From Takakia lepidozioides (Eukaryota; Plantae; Bryophyta): 64,000 bases of DNA. The notes under the pieces were generated by a model. It saw only the letters and a program-made list of their open reading frames with translations. It was not told the origin of the DNA and did no database searches. The stretch is taken from positions 64,976,001 through 65,040,000 of the forward strand of contig CM060731.1 in the NCBI GenBank assembly GCA_030704615.1, given 5' to 3'. How positions within the stretch are numbered: position 1 is the stretch's first letter; every line of letters begins with the position of its first letter. The position numbers were made by a program, and so were the translations under genes. Below, in pieces: positions 1-12,235 of the stretch.

Positions 1-290
1 GGAAGTGATATGGCCCACTAATTGATCTTTAAAAATAAAACAAGCCGCAAACCGCGAGAGGCTCTGTCCATTGAATCAACAATTTTGACAAGCTGCCACG
101 TGGTTTATACTTAAGAGCTTTTCTAGACCAATCATACTCTTGACACGCTGTAAGGTCTGTTGTTTGACTTCAACATGATTCAAAGCCTCTGCCAATAAAA
201 AATAAAAAATAAAAAATGATATTGACCTCGTCTTTTATTTTGGCAGTGATATGGCAGTGATATGGTCCTCGTGAGTCAATCATCTCCAAC

Positions 291-937
291 CCCATCTAGG
301 TGATGCTGGGTTCAAATCCTGCTACGTACCTGTATCTGGTGTTATCTTCATCCCCTTCCCTTGGGTGAGCATGGCAAGGTTACTTTGAAAGAGGTTAGTT
401 TCTCCTCTTATTGCACCTTAGAAGGGGCCAAAGTTAAGAAAAAAGAAAAAGAAAAGAAAAAGGGAGGGACACAATTTAAAAACAAGACAAGACAAGTCGG
501 TAGCCTGGTGCCACCCAGGTCACTCCGGGTTCAAATCCTGCTACCTTGTCACTTGAGCCTATGGTCGTTCTGGTTATTTTTACGCTCCCCTCTTCTATTC
601 AGTTTGATCAACGGGCCTGTCCCTTTCTAAGAAAAAAGAAAAAAGAAAAAAGTGGTTATTTTCTCCTCTCACTGTAATTAAGAAAATAACCAACAGTCAG
701 TAGCTCAGTTGGTAAAGTGCATTGAGTGCCATCCGGATGACCTTGGGGTCAAATCCTGCTACTTGACGGGTGTGGTACACTCTTCTCCCCCTTCCCTGCG
801 CAGTGTCGCATTGGAAAGCTATACGGCGAGGTTACTGAGAGGTTATTTTCTCCTCTCTCTATCAAGGGGCCTGATTTGTGAGCTGTCGCTCCCAGGTGTT
901 TCCCTTTAAAATTTATAAAAAAAAAAGAAAAAAAAAG
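291..937 (+). mobile_element. Three tandem tRNA-derived SINE-like copies (~291-465, ~487-652, ~696-937)
   Basis: Each copy has a Pol III B-box GG(T/G)TCAAATCCTGCTAC (~309, ~528, ~747), a related GGTTA(G/T)TTT body motif and an A-rich tail. The third also has an A-box TAGCTCAGTTGG (701-712) and a tRNA-like stem gtcagtag...ctacttgac. Confidence 0.6.
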
Positions 938-1101
938 CAACTCTGTTCTCTGTTCCCGATTTTTTAAATAAATAAATAAAATTAAGGGATATTTTCCTAT
1001 AAAATAAAAGAGAAAATTCACCCTTTTCCAGTCTTCAGGAGCATCTGCAAAAAGCTGCCAAAAACTACTTTTCATGGACATATATCCTCCCCACCACTTT
1101 A

Positions 1102-1120
1102 CATATATATATATATATAT
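1102..1120. repeat. (AT)n microsatellite
   Basis: Visible dinucleotide run. Confidence 0.85.
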
Positions 1121-2166
1121 CCCAAACTAAGATTCTGGATGAACTTAAATGAATAAATAAATAAATAAACCCACCCTGGAGTTGATGAGCAGGACAGTTG
1201 GCAGGCTTTGCAGGGCACACACACCCATCTCTGCCACCTACCCCGAACTTTTCGTCTGCCCCTGCCCGCTAACAAGTGTCATAGGCCCCAAAAGTTCGGG
1301 CGCTGCCCAACTCACACGACCGCCACGTACGCTACTAAAAAATATCAAACGTGCGAAGCGGCCATGTCGCAGCGAAATATAAGATTATTCGTAATAATAG
1401 TACTCAGACCGGACGGAAAGTTTTCCCGCGGAAGAGCACGTGTTGGGGCCATACTGCCCGCTGCCCGCCTGCCACGCTGCGCGAGGCTCCCGCCCTTGGG
1501 TCGCTGCCTGTCTGTCTGTCTGTCTGTCTCGCTCGCTCGCTCGCTCCCTGTCTGTGCGCAGCGCAGGTTTGGTTTTGTTGTGTTGCGACCACGGCGCAGC
1601 GACGATGGTGCGCGCGATGATGCTGTGGAGGCCGCAGTGCAGGCCTCGGATGCTTGGCTTTGGGCTGTTGGCGTCTGGAAGCTGTGGGATAAAGCTGCGG
1701 GTGGTTTTGTGGAAGTAATTGGAGAGAGGTTGTGAGAGGTGCGAGAGGGACGTAAAGGACGATGTGCGGGCGAGAGCGGGAGAGGTAGGAGGGGTGTATT
1801 CGAGGGAGGGAGGGAGGGAGGGAGGGAGTGCGGGGTTTGCAGTTCGTAGAGGTGAATGCATCCCTGTTGCGGTAATTCATTTCAAGCTCATGGTGGAGGT
1901 CGAGCATGCGAGAGTCGGGCGGGCGGTTACTATTCAGCTCGACTTCGCAGCATTGCCAGAAAATAGTTTCTAAGTATGTGTAGAATTGTGATGGGCTTGT
2001 GACGGTTTGAGCAGCAAATTTTGGTGGTTGAGAGTTTGTGGGTAGCACAGCAAACTCAAGGGGATCGCTGGTTCTTTCACACGCGTGATAGATGGAAGTC
2101 GACATTCCGGTTAGGGCCGTCGCGATGGGAGTCAGACACACTTGCTCGAGAAATAAGAGAGGAGCG

Positions 2167-3971
2167 ATGAGTGGTGTTCGATTTGGAAGGGCATCCGCTA
2201 CTGGGGGATGGTCTTGTTGCAAGCTTTGGACAAGGAGAACACAACATTTGGCAGTTTTGGTGTCAGTACTGCTATTGGCAATGAACGCAATGGAAAGGGT
2301 CGGAGCGATCACCAACGCACAGGACGTTCTGGCACTAAAGCAGGTCAGCTACCTTGTTTTTATGCGAGCCGCCATTGTTCGTGACTGGAAGAGAAATGAG
2401 TTAGTCTTTGACTCACAATAGGACCTTCTCATCATAGGCAGGAATTTAGACTTCTGACGAAAAGTGGACTGAAGCAGGATGCCAAGGTGGCCAATTGCTT
2501 GTGTGGTGTATAAGAGTACGTCCACCAGAATAGCACGTCTGCGTGTTGCTGCACATTGAAATTCTATATGAGAGCAAAGTGGCGAGATTTGAGAGTAGTG
2601 AGAGTAGTGGCTTACCTGAAAGTCACCTCTCTCTTTTTCTATGTCTCTCTCTCCCTCCCACACCCGCACCCACGCAGAGGCATGATCAAAGCCGAGAGAA
2701 CAGTATCATCTGCACTAGCCAGTTGCTCTTGTCAGCCATCCTTCAAAGCTACGATGGTCTGTAGAATATCACAAGTGTGTTTCTCCTTTACATCTGACAT
2801 AGGCCGAAATCCAATTCAGGTGAAAATGGCGGTGAATGCGGTTTCCATCATGCCTTCATCATGCCTGGGCTCATGGAACTTCTCAGTGGACCCCTGTAAT
2901 GCGCGTTCAACTGCGCAGTTCACCTGTGGCATTGACTGTACCTCTGGATTTGATGGAGTGTGGCGGGTGACTGGCCTGAGATTAGAGGCCGCTGGCTACA
3001 ACGGTACTCTGTCACCCTACATTGGCAACCTTTCTGCTCTGCAAAGGGTGATCGTGTCAGGGAATTCGCTGGAAGGCTCCATTCCAGCAACACTTGGCCA
3101 GTTGAAGGAACTTTTTCAGTTGGATCTGTCATCAAATAATTTTTCAGGGACCCTACCTGAGTCACTTAGCCTGCTTTCAAACCTTGAGTTTTTCTCCGTG
3201 GCCAACAATGTACTGGAAGGTCAGATTCCCTCGTCATTCAACAGCATGGTGAATGTAACACAGATGTATCTTAACAACAATCGGCTGAGTGGCGCCATTC
3301 CCAATCTTAGTGGGATGAAGAGCTTGTACTACGTGGATGCAAGCACCAACAATCTGACAGGGCGTTTGCCCTCGGGATTCCCCCCTGCACTCTCAATCCT
3401 CTCCCTAGGCAGGAATCAGCTTGTTGGACCCCTTCCTCCAATTCTGTCAAACCTCAATCTACTTCAGGCTCTAGATTTGAGAAATAACCATCTAAGCGGC
3501 GGTGTAGGTGCCTTCGTATTTACGATGTCTAGTTTACAACAACTCAATCTCTCATACAACAGTTTCACATCGCTTGGGGTCACAAATCTCTCAGTTGCAA
3601 ACAGCCAGCTCTTATCGTTGGACCTGAGCTACAACCAGATAGGGGGCCCACTTCCAGAGGCGATGGCAAGCATGAAGAAGCTTTCTGTCCTTTCACTTCG
3701 GGGAAACAAGTTCACTGGTCCAATCCCTGACAGGTATGCATTGAAAGCGGCGAATACTCTCTCTGGAACAGAACAGCTGGGGCAGCTTTACCTTGACAGC
3801 AACTACCTGACAGGTGACATTCCTTCTCCATTAGTAAGATTGTCACCTGATAGTATCAGTGCAAATTTGGTGAACAACTGCTTACGAAGCTGTCCGCCCT
3901 CTCTTTTCTTCTGTCAAGGTGGTGGCCAACGATCAGCAGAACAATGTAAGATTGCCAGTTCCAACACATGA
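2167..3971 (+). CDS. Secreted extracellular LRR protein (no transmembrane or kinase domain); model join(2167..2343,2820..3971)
   Basis: Exon 1 encodes a hydrophobic signal-like stretch (HLAVLVSVLLLAM) and the LRR N-cap start (ITNAQDVLALKQ). A phase-0 GT-AG intron (2344-2819) joins it to VKMAVN...SWNFSVDPC...FTCGIDC, followed by ~10 plant LxxLxLxxNxLxGxIP repeats and a C-terminal Cys cap. An upstream ATG at 2092 is also in frame. Confidence 0.88.
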
Positions 3972-4498
3972 GTCCATGGTGATTTGAAGTTGCACACTTT
4001 GGCTTATGTCATCTGCCAGATTTAGTTATCGAAATAGAGAGTAGAGTGTCGCTATGTACCCTTGGGCAATGGAAGAGGGTGAGAACGAGGAATGATATCT
4101 GGAAGTTTATGTACTGAATTCTGCTGTCATCAGCTTAGCCTAGTTATAGTGCAAGTTACCCAGGGTGGACAGTGAGGGCCTAACAGAGTTATGTTGCCCT
4201 ACCTTTAATTGCACACAGTATGGAAGGCACAGTAGCTTTGTAGATATTCAACAGGCTGCAGAGGACTTGATCAGCTCTGACAAATAGCTGGATCACATTT
4301 ATGAGCTAGAAATGTTGGTGTTCATATCGCACCTATTGGAGATTCAGTGTCCCATCAATGTCCCATGGATCTGGATCAAAATGTGCTCGTTGTTGGTAGG
4401 TGTTGTTGGTAGGTGTCGGTTTTGTTGGCTCTCTTTGTAGGAGAGAGACTATGCATTGTGTTGAAGTCAACGGAGAATATGTGGTCAAAGGACTTCAC

Positions 4499-4537
4499 AC
4501 CATATCAAGGCTCCAGACCATATCAAGGCTCCAGACT
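4499..4537. repeat. 18-bp tandem duplication ccatatcaaggctccaga
   Basis: Two adjacent identical copies. Confidence 0.8.
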
Positions 4538-5204
4538 GGTTAGTTGTGATAAGTCATGCTCCTTACTCTCACCTCCCCCTTATGTTCTACCAAAGCAAGA
4601 GAGCTCATTACTTAACATAGACTTAGGCTCTTAATCAGCTGCAAGCAAAGTGAGTACACATAGTTGTCAATGATTCAGTCACACAGTTGACATAAGAATG
4701 CTCAATGGCTAGTGGTGCAATGGCTTTTGCCTTTCTTATTTGCCATACACCCACCCGACACTGATGTTGGACACTGGAAACTACACTTTGGTAAAAGGTG
4801 CTATTCACATCCACCACTACCCAAATTTGCCTGATAACCGTCAGAAACGAGCTAACATGGAACTGTACGTATTTAAGACTTGAGCTTTCTGGCAAACGAA
4901 CTAACACTCTCATGAAATGTTCAGAGTAGGAGAAAACGCACAAGGCTGGAGAACAGGCAGTAGCAAAATTTCAAAAATGTAGAGAAAATCTCTTAGTTAT
5001 ATCCAAACCTACCTTTTTCCTGCAGAAAACTTCTTTTGATGATTGCGGGAAATTATGCACCAAAGAATTGTGAGGATAGTTTCGGCGAGGAAAAAGGCAA
5101 GTGTGACGGTTGCTTTACTGTGGGCAATGCAGGCAAATGGAAAATACTGATTGATAATGAATGCCCCAACCAAACCCCCTTAAATGTAAGGAAACTTCAA
5201 TGTA

Positions 5205-8200
5205 TCAAGAGTCATCAAGCTCTGCAAGTGTCATCCTGGCGTAAGGCAACCAAATTGAAGTGGCAGACAGATCCATCTTCAATGCAAAGCACAGACCTCG
5301 AAGGATAACCAATGCACGCACTACCTGCATACATATTAATACGAATAAATTTAGCATGAAAATTGTAGGGGAATGCACACAGTCAGAACAATGTGTTTGG
5401 GAGCTTTTGTTGTCAAATTTTAAGAATTTTGTGCCATGCCTGTCCTACCCATACCCAAATCGATGTGAGAAAACCAAAGAACAGGTGAAAAATATATGCA
5501 TCAGGGACATGAATAAGCACTACATAATCAGGAATGTCCTTTAACACTCAAATAAGACATGGGGAGGCAACAGCATGGATATGAAAACAAATTAAAGGAG
5601 AACAAACAATGCTAGGAAACACAATTCGGCAGTGGAAGTGTGATGCAAGTAGTGGTGTGTGCAAGAAAAGTGCGCAGGTATACCATCCAAATGGCCTGAT
5701 TGAAGGCGGTAAGAGGAGTTGTGCGCAAAACAGAGTCTTCAGACATGGGGGAAACAGTAGCCTCCTGCATGTAGCATGTATCAAACATTATACGAGCCAT
5801 TGTGGCCAGTCTGCTATCAGACACCACACCCCCATGAATGTCCTTGAACACCAAACCCAATTGTAGCAGTGCCCTTGCAATGGCCGTGTCGTCATTGCTT
5901 GATAAGGACTGCACCATAAGTGCCAGCTTCTTGCGCATTCCCTTCTCCAGCACCTTACTCTGCTCACCCCTCATAACCCACCTTCTTGTCAACTTTGTAT
6001 GCCACATGTGCATATCCCACAACGTTGACTAAAGGTTCCTCTGCTCAAAGCAACCATATGGGAGTAAATGACACCAGGCTAGTTAAGGTGGCAGAATTTA
6101 CTTGGCCGTAGTCCAGCAGCCCAAGTCGTCCATCTGGTAAAAGCAGCAGATTGCCAGCATGTGGATCTGCATGAAACACCCCATCTACAAGCAGCATCTG
6201 CACCCAGGTGCACGTTAGATGACCAATACCTACAAGGTTATGGGCAATCAATGGCATGGGTTAAGTCTGCATGGAATGTACCTGACCATAAGCATGCACC
6301 AAGTGCTCCAGTGCAGAAACTACCTCAGGTATCCTGTGTCACACCACTTTGCCCCGTCAGACAAAACTCAGTAACATGCAGTCCTCATTTCACACGTCTG
6401 GCATAAAATACCCACCCAGCCATTTCTTCGTTCTTTAAACAGCTCCTGCAGTTAACTTGCGACCAGGCAATTTTTGAACCCTTCATATCTGACACTAGCA
6501 AAATAAAGCCAATGTAAATTTCAACCTAGTCTACAACCATTGGTGGAATTCCCAAATACCTGCTCTGCAATTCTTGTGGTGCATTAGGGTGTAATATATG
6601 AGTAAAGGGCACTCCATCCAGCCTCTGTAATAAAAGACAACACAAAACCAGCCAATAGTTTAGTCAACCTCTAAAGCCTGAATGCTACAAACTGCGTCGG
6701 TGTTATGTGAAAACTAAAATAAGAGAAATCTCTACCTCCATCACAATGAGACGCTTGGCACAGAGTTCAGGCATTGGTGCAGGGCACACAATGTGGTCAA
6801 ACCCGTTCGCTCCCAAACTCCGCTTGATTGCCATCTGGATCCCCATCCATTGCCATTTCACTGCTTTCATACCCATCTCCATAAAAACTTTCCCCAAGCG
6901 CAAAGAAAGAGAGAAATTGCAGCATGGACAAAATAACATGTTCTCCACCATTTGAAGTCCAAAACACATCCCGACCACGAATAGGAAGCATACCATAAAC
7001 CAAACCTCACGTTCGAAATCAAATTCCAGTGGTATTGTTGCCTGGATCTCTTTCACAATCTACAATTACAAAAGAAGAATTAGTATCCGCTGAAAGTTAG
7101 CATTCAGCTGTATATCTGGAATACACACAAATGTGACTATCCAAGCCAAACTTGACATATGGTAAACCAGGTACAATAGTGGGGTGACAAGAAAAGATGG
7201 AGTGAAGGAATATATGGTTCTGACATCAAGGCTTGTGATGCATATGCGTTAATATGACTCCAGGTCAGCTGCATCAGTCCAAGAGATTATCTGCTGGGTA
7301 TAGAGTGGAGAAAATCTACCTACTCTGTCATAAGACATGCGACTTGCAGGCAAAGGTCAGATGCCACTTACAGGGACAAGATCACATGGGAGCTGCCCCT
7401 CCAAGAATTTTGCCACCTGCAAATTGAGCAGAATATGACAGGCTACACAATTAACAGAGTTTGCACAATCATATATGCTGAGGAAAGAGTAAATACTCCC
7501 TACAGACATTAGAAGGTAACCCAAGCAAATGTTGCACTAAGTTAAAACCTACACTAACTCAAACATAGAGGGTGCTGTCTTAACATTTCGTTTTCAATCA
7601 CAGTCTCAGGCCATCCACAACTGACAAGTTGCCACCACTCCCCACTGACTTCATCAGCACCTGACAGTGGGTGTAGACATACAGAACTGCACTCAAATTT
7701 ACGTGCGAACCGGTCTACAAATATTTGTACTGAGTTTCTGCCACTTTCCCGAAGTAGCAGGAAAATTCAGTCATGATGTCAGTTAGCACTCAGCAGACAA
7801 CGCTAGTCAAACAGTTAGGTCTTGACGTAAGCATAATACTATGAAGTAGGACCTGAAATTTCGCTTCACTTATCCTGAGAACATATGAGCCAGCTTGCTC
7901 AAAGACTATGCTGGAAGGGTGGCTGAAGCGGCCTCCTGTACCCTGAACATTTGGATTTGCACTATCTCCCTTCAAGCAGAGGAAATGAACGTATCACAGG
8001 TACAGCTACTGCATGCCACCCATGAGAATTCTTTGTCATCAAGGCACCCAAGAGAAGCTGTAAAATTATCATACCCATCCAATGTTGCGAAGATCAGATT
8101 GCATCACTTTTTCCATGCCCAAATGCTGCACTTTAATTACAACTCGTGTTTCATCCCTCAATACACCTGCATGCACCTGTCTTCCCATCCATCAACAATG

Positions 8201-10212
8201 ACAACAATAATTACCACATATTGCACCTTCTTCCTTCTTACTCACCCAAATGGAGATTACCTGACTACTGATTTTACAAGCTACCATGCTTGACATCCTC
8301 TAAAATCTGAGCCTTATGCTCCTCTCAACTCTTTGAGTTCATCAAGGTACTCATCAGAACAGCACAACATGTTACCTGAGCAATAGATGCAGCTGCAATA
8401 GCTGTAGGATCCACATGCAAGAACACAGCATCCAAGGGCACCAGCCCTTGTGCAGTGAGTGGCAAAGCGGAATGGCATGGACAGGTGGAAAGCTGTTGCA
8501 TAATACTGCGCTCCACTTCTGCATATGGACGGGGTGGTGCATTGTCTAGTAGACTAGACAACCGCCGTGTCCATGGTTCTGGTATGAAGTCCTGTATGTG
8601 CAGAGCAAGTAAATGTGAGGTTTATTTGTACTGCTGCGATTCATCCATCAGATCACAACCATCCCCTCTGATAAACTTGTTCACACAGAAAAAGCTAAGA
8701 AGCAGAGAGAGTAGAGCCACAAAAGAGACTTACAGCTTTTGAAGCCAGAATCTGGGCAGATTTGACATAAAATCCACTCATGTCCAACACCAATTTATGA
8801 ACTTTCTCCCCACCCCACTCATGCCGCCCTGCCCATATTTTTTCCTTCTCTTGGGCTGGCTTCTGCCTCACCTGCCTCTTCGTCCTCATGTATCTGCCCT
8901 CCCAGCAGCCCTACGGGCTGCACATAAATTACCTCTGGCTTCTAGTAGCAGGCAAACAATCAGCTAAAAAGATAGCACTTAAATTAAAAAAACAACAGAA
9001 ACTAGGAACAATCAGCTGGCTAACTCTCACACCAAAGAGTAGGAGACATGGCACACACACTCAGAAGACAATGCCTGCCCTTCAGCTGGAACACCCAGTT
9101 TGCAAACGCAGCTTCCAAAACTCACCTACAGATTCACCCAACGACTTTGACAAGAGAGAGCTAAAATACAACTCATCCGGCCCTCTCAGCTCAGACTGAA
9201 CCAAACCAACTGCTCCCTATTTCCAGTTCCTCACCAATTTCTGCCATTTTAAGAAACTTTGGCCATCCATCTGTAACTTACCCAAGGTAAATGGGGAGAA
9301 GACGACGCCAGAAGCGCGCGGTCCGGTAAACATCAGGTAAACACCAGTACACCAGGGGCTGTGCAATGGTGAGCCCTAGCACTGGCCCTGCAATATGCTG
9401 CACCACCCTCTGTATGGCCTGTGGAATCTCCTTCACTCCACAACATACAGATTGAGACGAATAAGGTTACCCATTTTGGGAAATTTTTGTTTCCACGAAT
9501 TATAAATGTCAGAGGGTTTATAAAATGCAATCAAAGACTGCTGTAACCATGCAGTACAGACTCAACATTCTGTTCTGGTTGGGCATGCACTGCTCCACAA
9601 ATGACCAATGCAAGGAATGCCAGCTACTGATCACTATCATCCACTTACAGCCCAACGTCGAAAGGTCGGGTTCACAAGTAATACCGGAAGTTTGAGAGGG
9701 CCGGAGGACAGCGTACAAATACTCAATGCTTGCAGATAGGGCCAAGCACCGGAGCAGAAGGATCTGGAGAGCAAGAGCACCCCGATTTTGACAACCATGA
9801 CAAGCCCTCCAAGGACAATTGCAAATCCGCTTGCTTCCAATTTTCTATCTTCCACCCACCCTGTTCTACTGCTATTTAAGAAGACATGAAGCAGGTTCCT
9901 TGACGCTGATTCTCCCCGCCTTCTGCCTGCGCGCAGCGTGCCAAATTCTGAATAACTTGAAGTTCGTAGCAGAGGGTGATCGTAGGTCTGACTTGCAAGA
10001 GCTGCGCACACATACTTGCGACGACCTTCCAAGAGCGTAACCTGCTCACAATTTGCTCGCTGAAAGACATCCTGAGGCATTGAGCACGACACTGCTTCAC
10101 GAATCTTGGTTCCCCCAGCACTGTCACTGTTATTACTACTCGATGCCATGGGAAGCAGTCGCCGATGGTGCCGCCTAATCCGCTGCCGAGCTTCCTTGTC
10201 ATCCATTCCCAT
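5205..10212 (-). CDS. ABC1/UbiB-family atypical protein kinase (ABC1K), multi-exon
   Basis: Exons encode RTARFWRRLLPIYLG, GFYVKSAQILASKA, SLLDNAPPRPY, AIAAASIAQV, EFDFERE, RLIVME and DGVFHADPHAGNLLLLPDGRLGLLDYGQ. The last exon, 5205-5324, is VVRALVILRGLC...ELDDS*. The start codon is uncertain (10212 or a downstream Met). Confidence 0.88.
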
Positions 10213-10450
10213 TGCACTATGTGCTTTACCTGCACTTGTCGACTACAAATAAGGTGAACAACACCACAACCAACCTTTTCCGTCTCTTACTAAGCCTCAT
10301 GGCAGGGGAGCGTAGAGGTGGCATGCACAGAATGGAGCACCGTGGCTGGAATCATGCTCGACATTAGGGCCGAGCTGCAATGAACTTGGAGCCGAGAAAG
10401 CTAGAAACTCGAAGAGAGTACGCACAGAGAAGATAATCGCAGAGCCTTGT

Positions 10451-10458
10451 CACGTGGC
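10451..10458 (+). promoter_or_regulatory. G-box/ABRE (CACGTGGC) in a ~540-bp divergent intergenic region
   Basis: Exact ABRE consensus between the head-to-head ABC1K gene and the small hydrophilic gene. A motif this short can occur by chance. Confidence 0.3.
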
Positions 10459-10754
10459 CGCTACATCTCGTCTGTGCTTCTTGCTTGCTCAACGATGCTA
10501 TGGATGGGAGAAATCAAAATACAATAAGACTCTAGGGTAGGATGGCCTATTCTGCATCATCAGCCGCCGTCAGAGCAGTTCACTTCAGCGATTTGTCAAA
10601 AGTGTGGGAAGTTTTGGAAGTTTTGGAGTGGTCAGGATTCTCGGGGAGTCTCCAAATCAGCTCAACGTAATCAAATAGAGGCTGATTACATAATGTAGAG
10701 ATTGAGCTCTCCATCAAGGGTTAAGGAGGCGTCTTCGGAGAGTAGAATGGACAC

Positions 10755-11622
10755 ATGGCAGATGCATGCAGATATTACATTGCTGCCACAGCCACCTCGC
10801 TGCACTGCAGCTGCCACGGCAGCAGTCGGTTTGATAGTCCTGATCTATCACGGTAAGCTTGTGCCTCTGTCAGGATGCTCAGGATAGCAGGATTGCACAG
10901 TATAGGACGTTCGAGGATTTTTCAGCCGCGGGTGTTGCAAGGCTCATTACACCACGCTCGGGTCAATACCCGGATCCGTTTCCACAGCTCGGATCCGGCT
11001 ATGGAGAGACAAGAAAATCAGCGTTCAGAAGATCCTATTCTGTAATTTAAATAAAATCGGAGCATGCAGCGTCCTCTTGATTCCTTGTGATTATCTTTGA
11101 TGCAGATAGCAACTGCAGCAAGACAGAATTGGTGCCAAGAGCAAGCTAAAGTTGAATTGATGGCTTAACTGGTCAATCAATTTGTTCGGATTATGGCAGG
11201 GATCAAATGTCAGACGCGTACGGGGATGCATACTCTTCGCGATCATCCGATGAAGGTTTTGGACATTACGGAGATGTTGTGGAGAGTGTCCAGGAAAACA
11301 AGGCAAGAAAAGATGCTGATGTGCGGCAGCGCGGTGCGACTGAAGAGCTTCACGATACTACGCCTCCTGGTGCAAGACTTCTGCAGTTGCAGTGCAATGT
11401 TTAGCGTGTGCTTCATGTTTCACAATGTTTACTGCTTCTGTGTGATGAGCCTGTCTTGAGTCTCGTTTCTGTGTGATAACAGAGGTGCATGACGCTTTTG
11501 ACCGCACACAAGGCCATGAGGTTGCGGAGAAAGAAGTGGCTCGCCATAGCACGCAGGAAACAGCATTCGAGGACGAGGGTGGTGCACAGCGACGGCGTCA
11601 AGATCGTGGAACGGTGGACTAG
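10755..11622 (+). CDS. Small hydrophilic protein (~135 aa); model join(10755..10852,11200..11369,11483..11622)
   Basis: Two canonical GT-AG introns with matching phases give an open frame: MADACRYY...DLSR|DQMSDAYGDAYSSRSSDEGFGHYG...TPP|EVHDAFDRTQGHEVAEKEVARH...GTVD*. The motifs YSSRSSDEGFG and FDRTQGHEVAEKE resemble a conserved uncharacterised small plant protein family, from memory. Exon 1 is less certain than exons 2-3. Confidence 0.65.
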
Positions 11623-12235
11623 CCTCTTAATCCAGAGCTACTTGAGGGCTACCTGCGTTTCATCGTGCAAATCAAATAGTGCTCACAACTGAGACGTGAT
11701 TATAGTACATCTCCCGCTGCAGTTCGGCTTCAAGTCAGCCTCTGCTAGTTTTTCCTCAAATGCAACTCCTGTAAAACACTTACAAATCTTTCTTCAACTA
11801 AATGTGTTCCATGAACACTTAGGCAGTATGGGGCTGTCTACAGCTGAATTTGTCGTCCATAGCCTATCTTCTTCCAAATCAGGTCTCAAGACTTCCCTTC
11901 CCTTCTCGCAATCTTCTTCCTCTAGGCAGTATACATCTCATGTGCAGTATTTTGCATAAAATACCTTTTTGTCCATTTCAATTCCTTCTCGCCACATTGC
12001 AAACAGTGAAGATATACTTTCTTGTCAAAGTACTCTGAATGTTGCAGGAATGAATAAATGGAGCCCGTCCCTTCCCCTCATCATTGGTAGAAACTCCGAA
12101 GACAGACAATGATGCATTGCAGTCTGATAAGCATGTACATATGCTCGTTCTACTGTTGTCTTCTACATAATGCACTGATAGATTTGATCAAATAACGGAC
12201 AAGCTACATTTGTGGAAACTTGTCCTACAACATCA

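Noticed and set aside
696-768. Functional tRNA gene
   Set aside because: No clean anticodon arm, an imperfect acceptor stem, and it continues into a body and A-tail like its neighbours.
1182-2315. Overlapping ORFs of 150-300 aa upstream of the LRR gene (e.g. 1404..2315 -)
   Set aside because: They run through GC-rich and microsatellite (TCTG, CTCG, GAGG) promoter/UTR sequence and show no recognisable motifs.
2556-2819. N-terminal 88 aa of the 471-aa LRR ORF
   Set aside because: Lies inside the predicted intron; the signal peptide is in the upstream exon.
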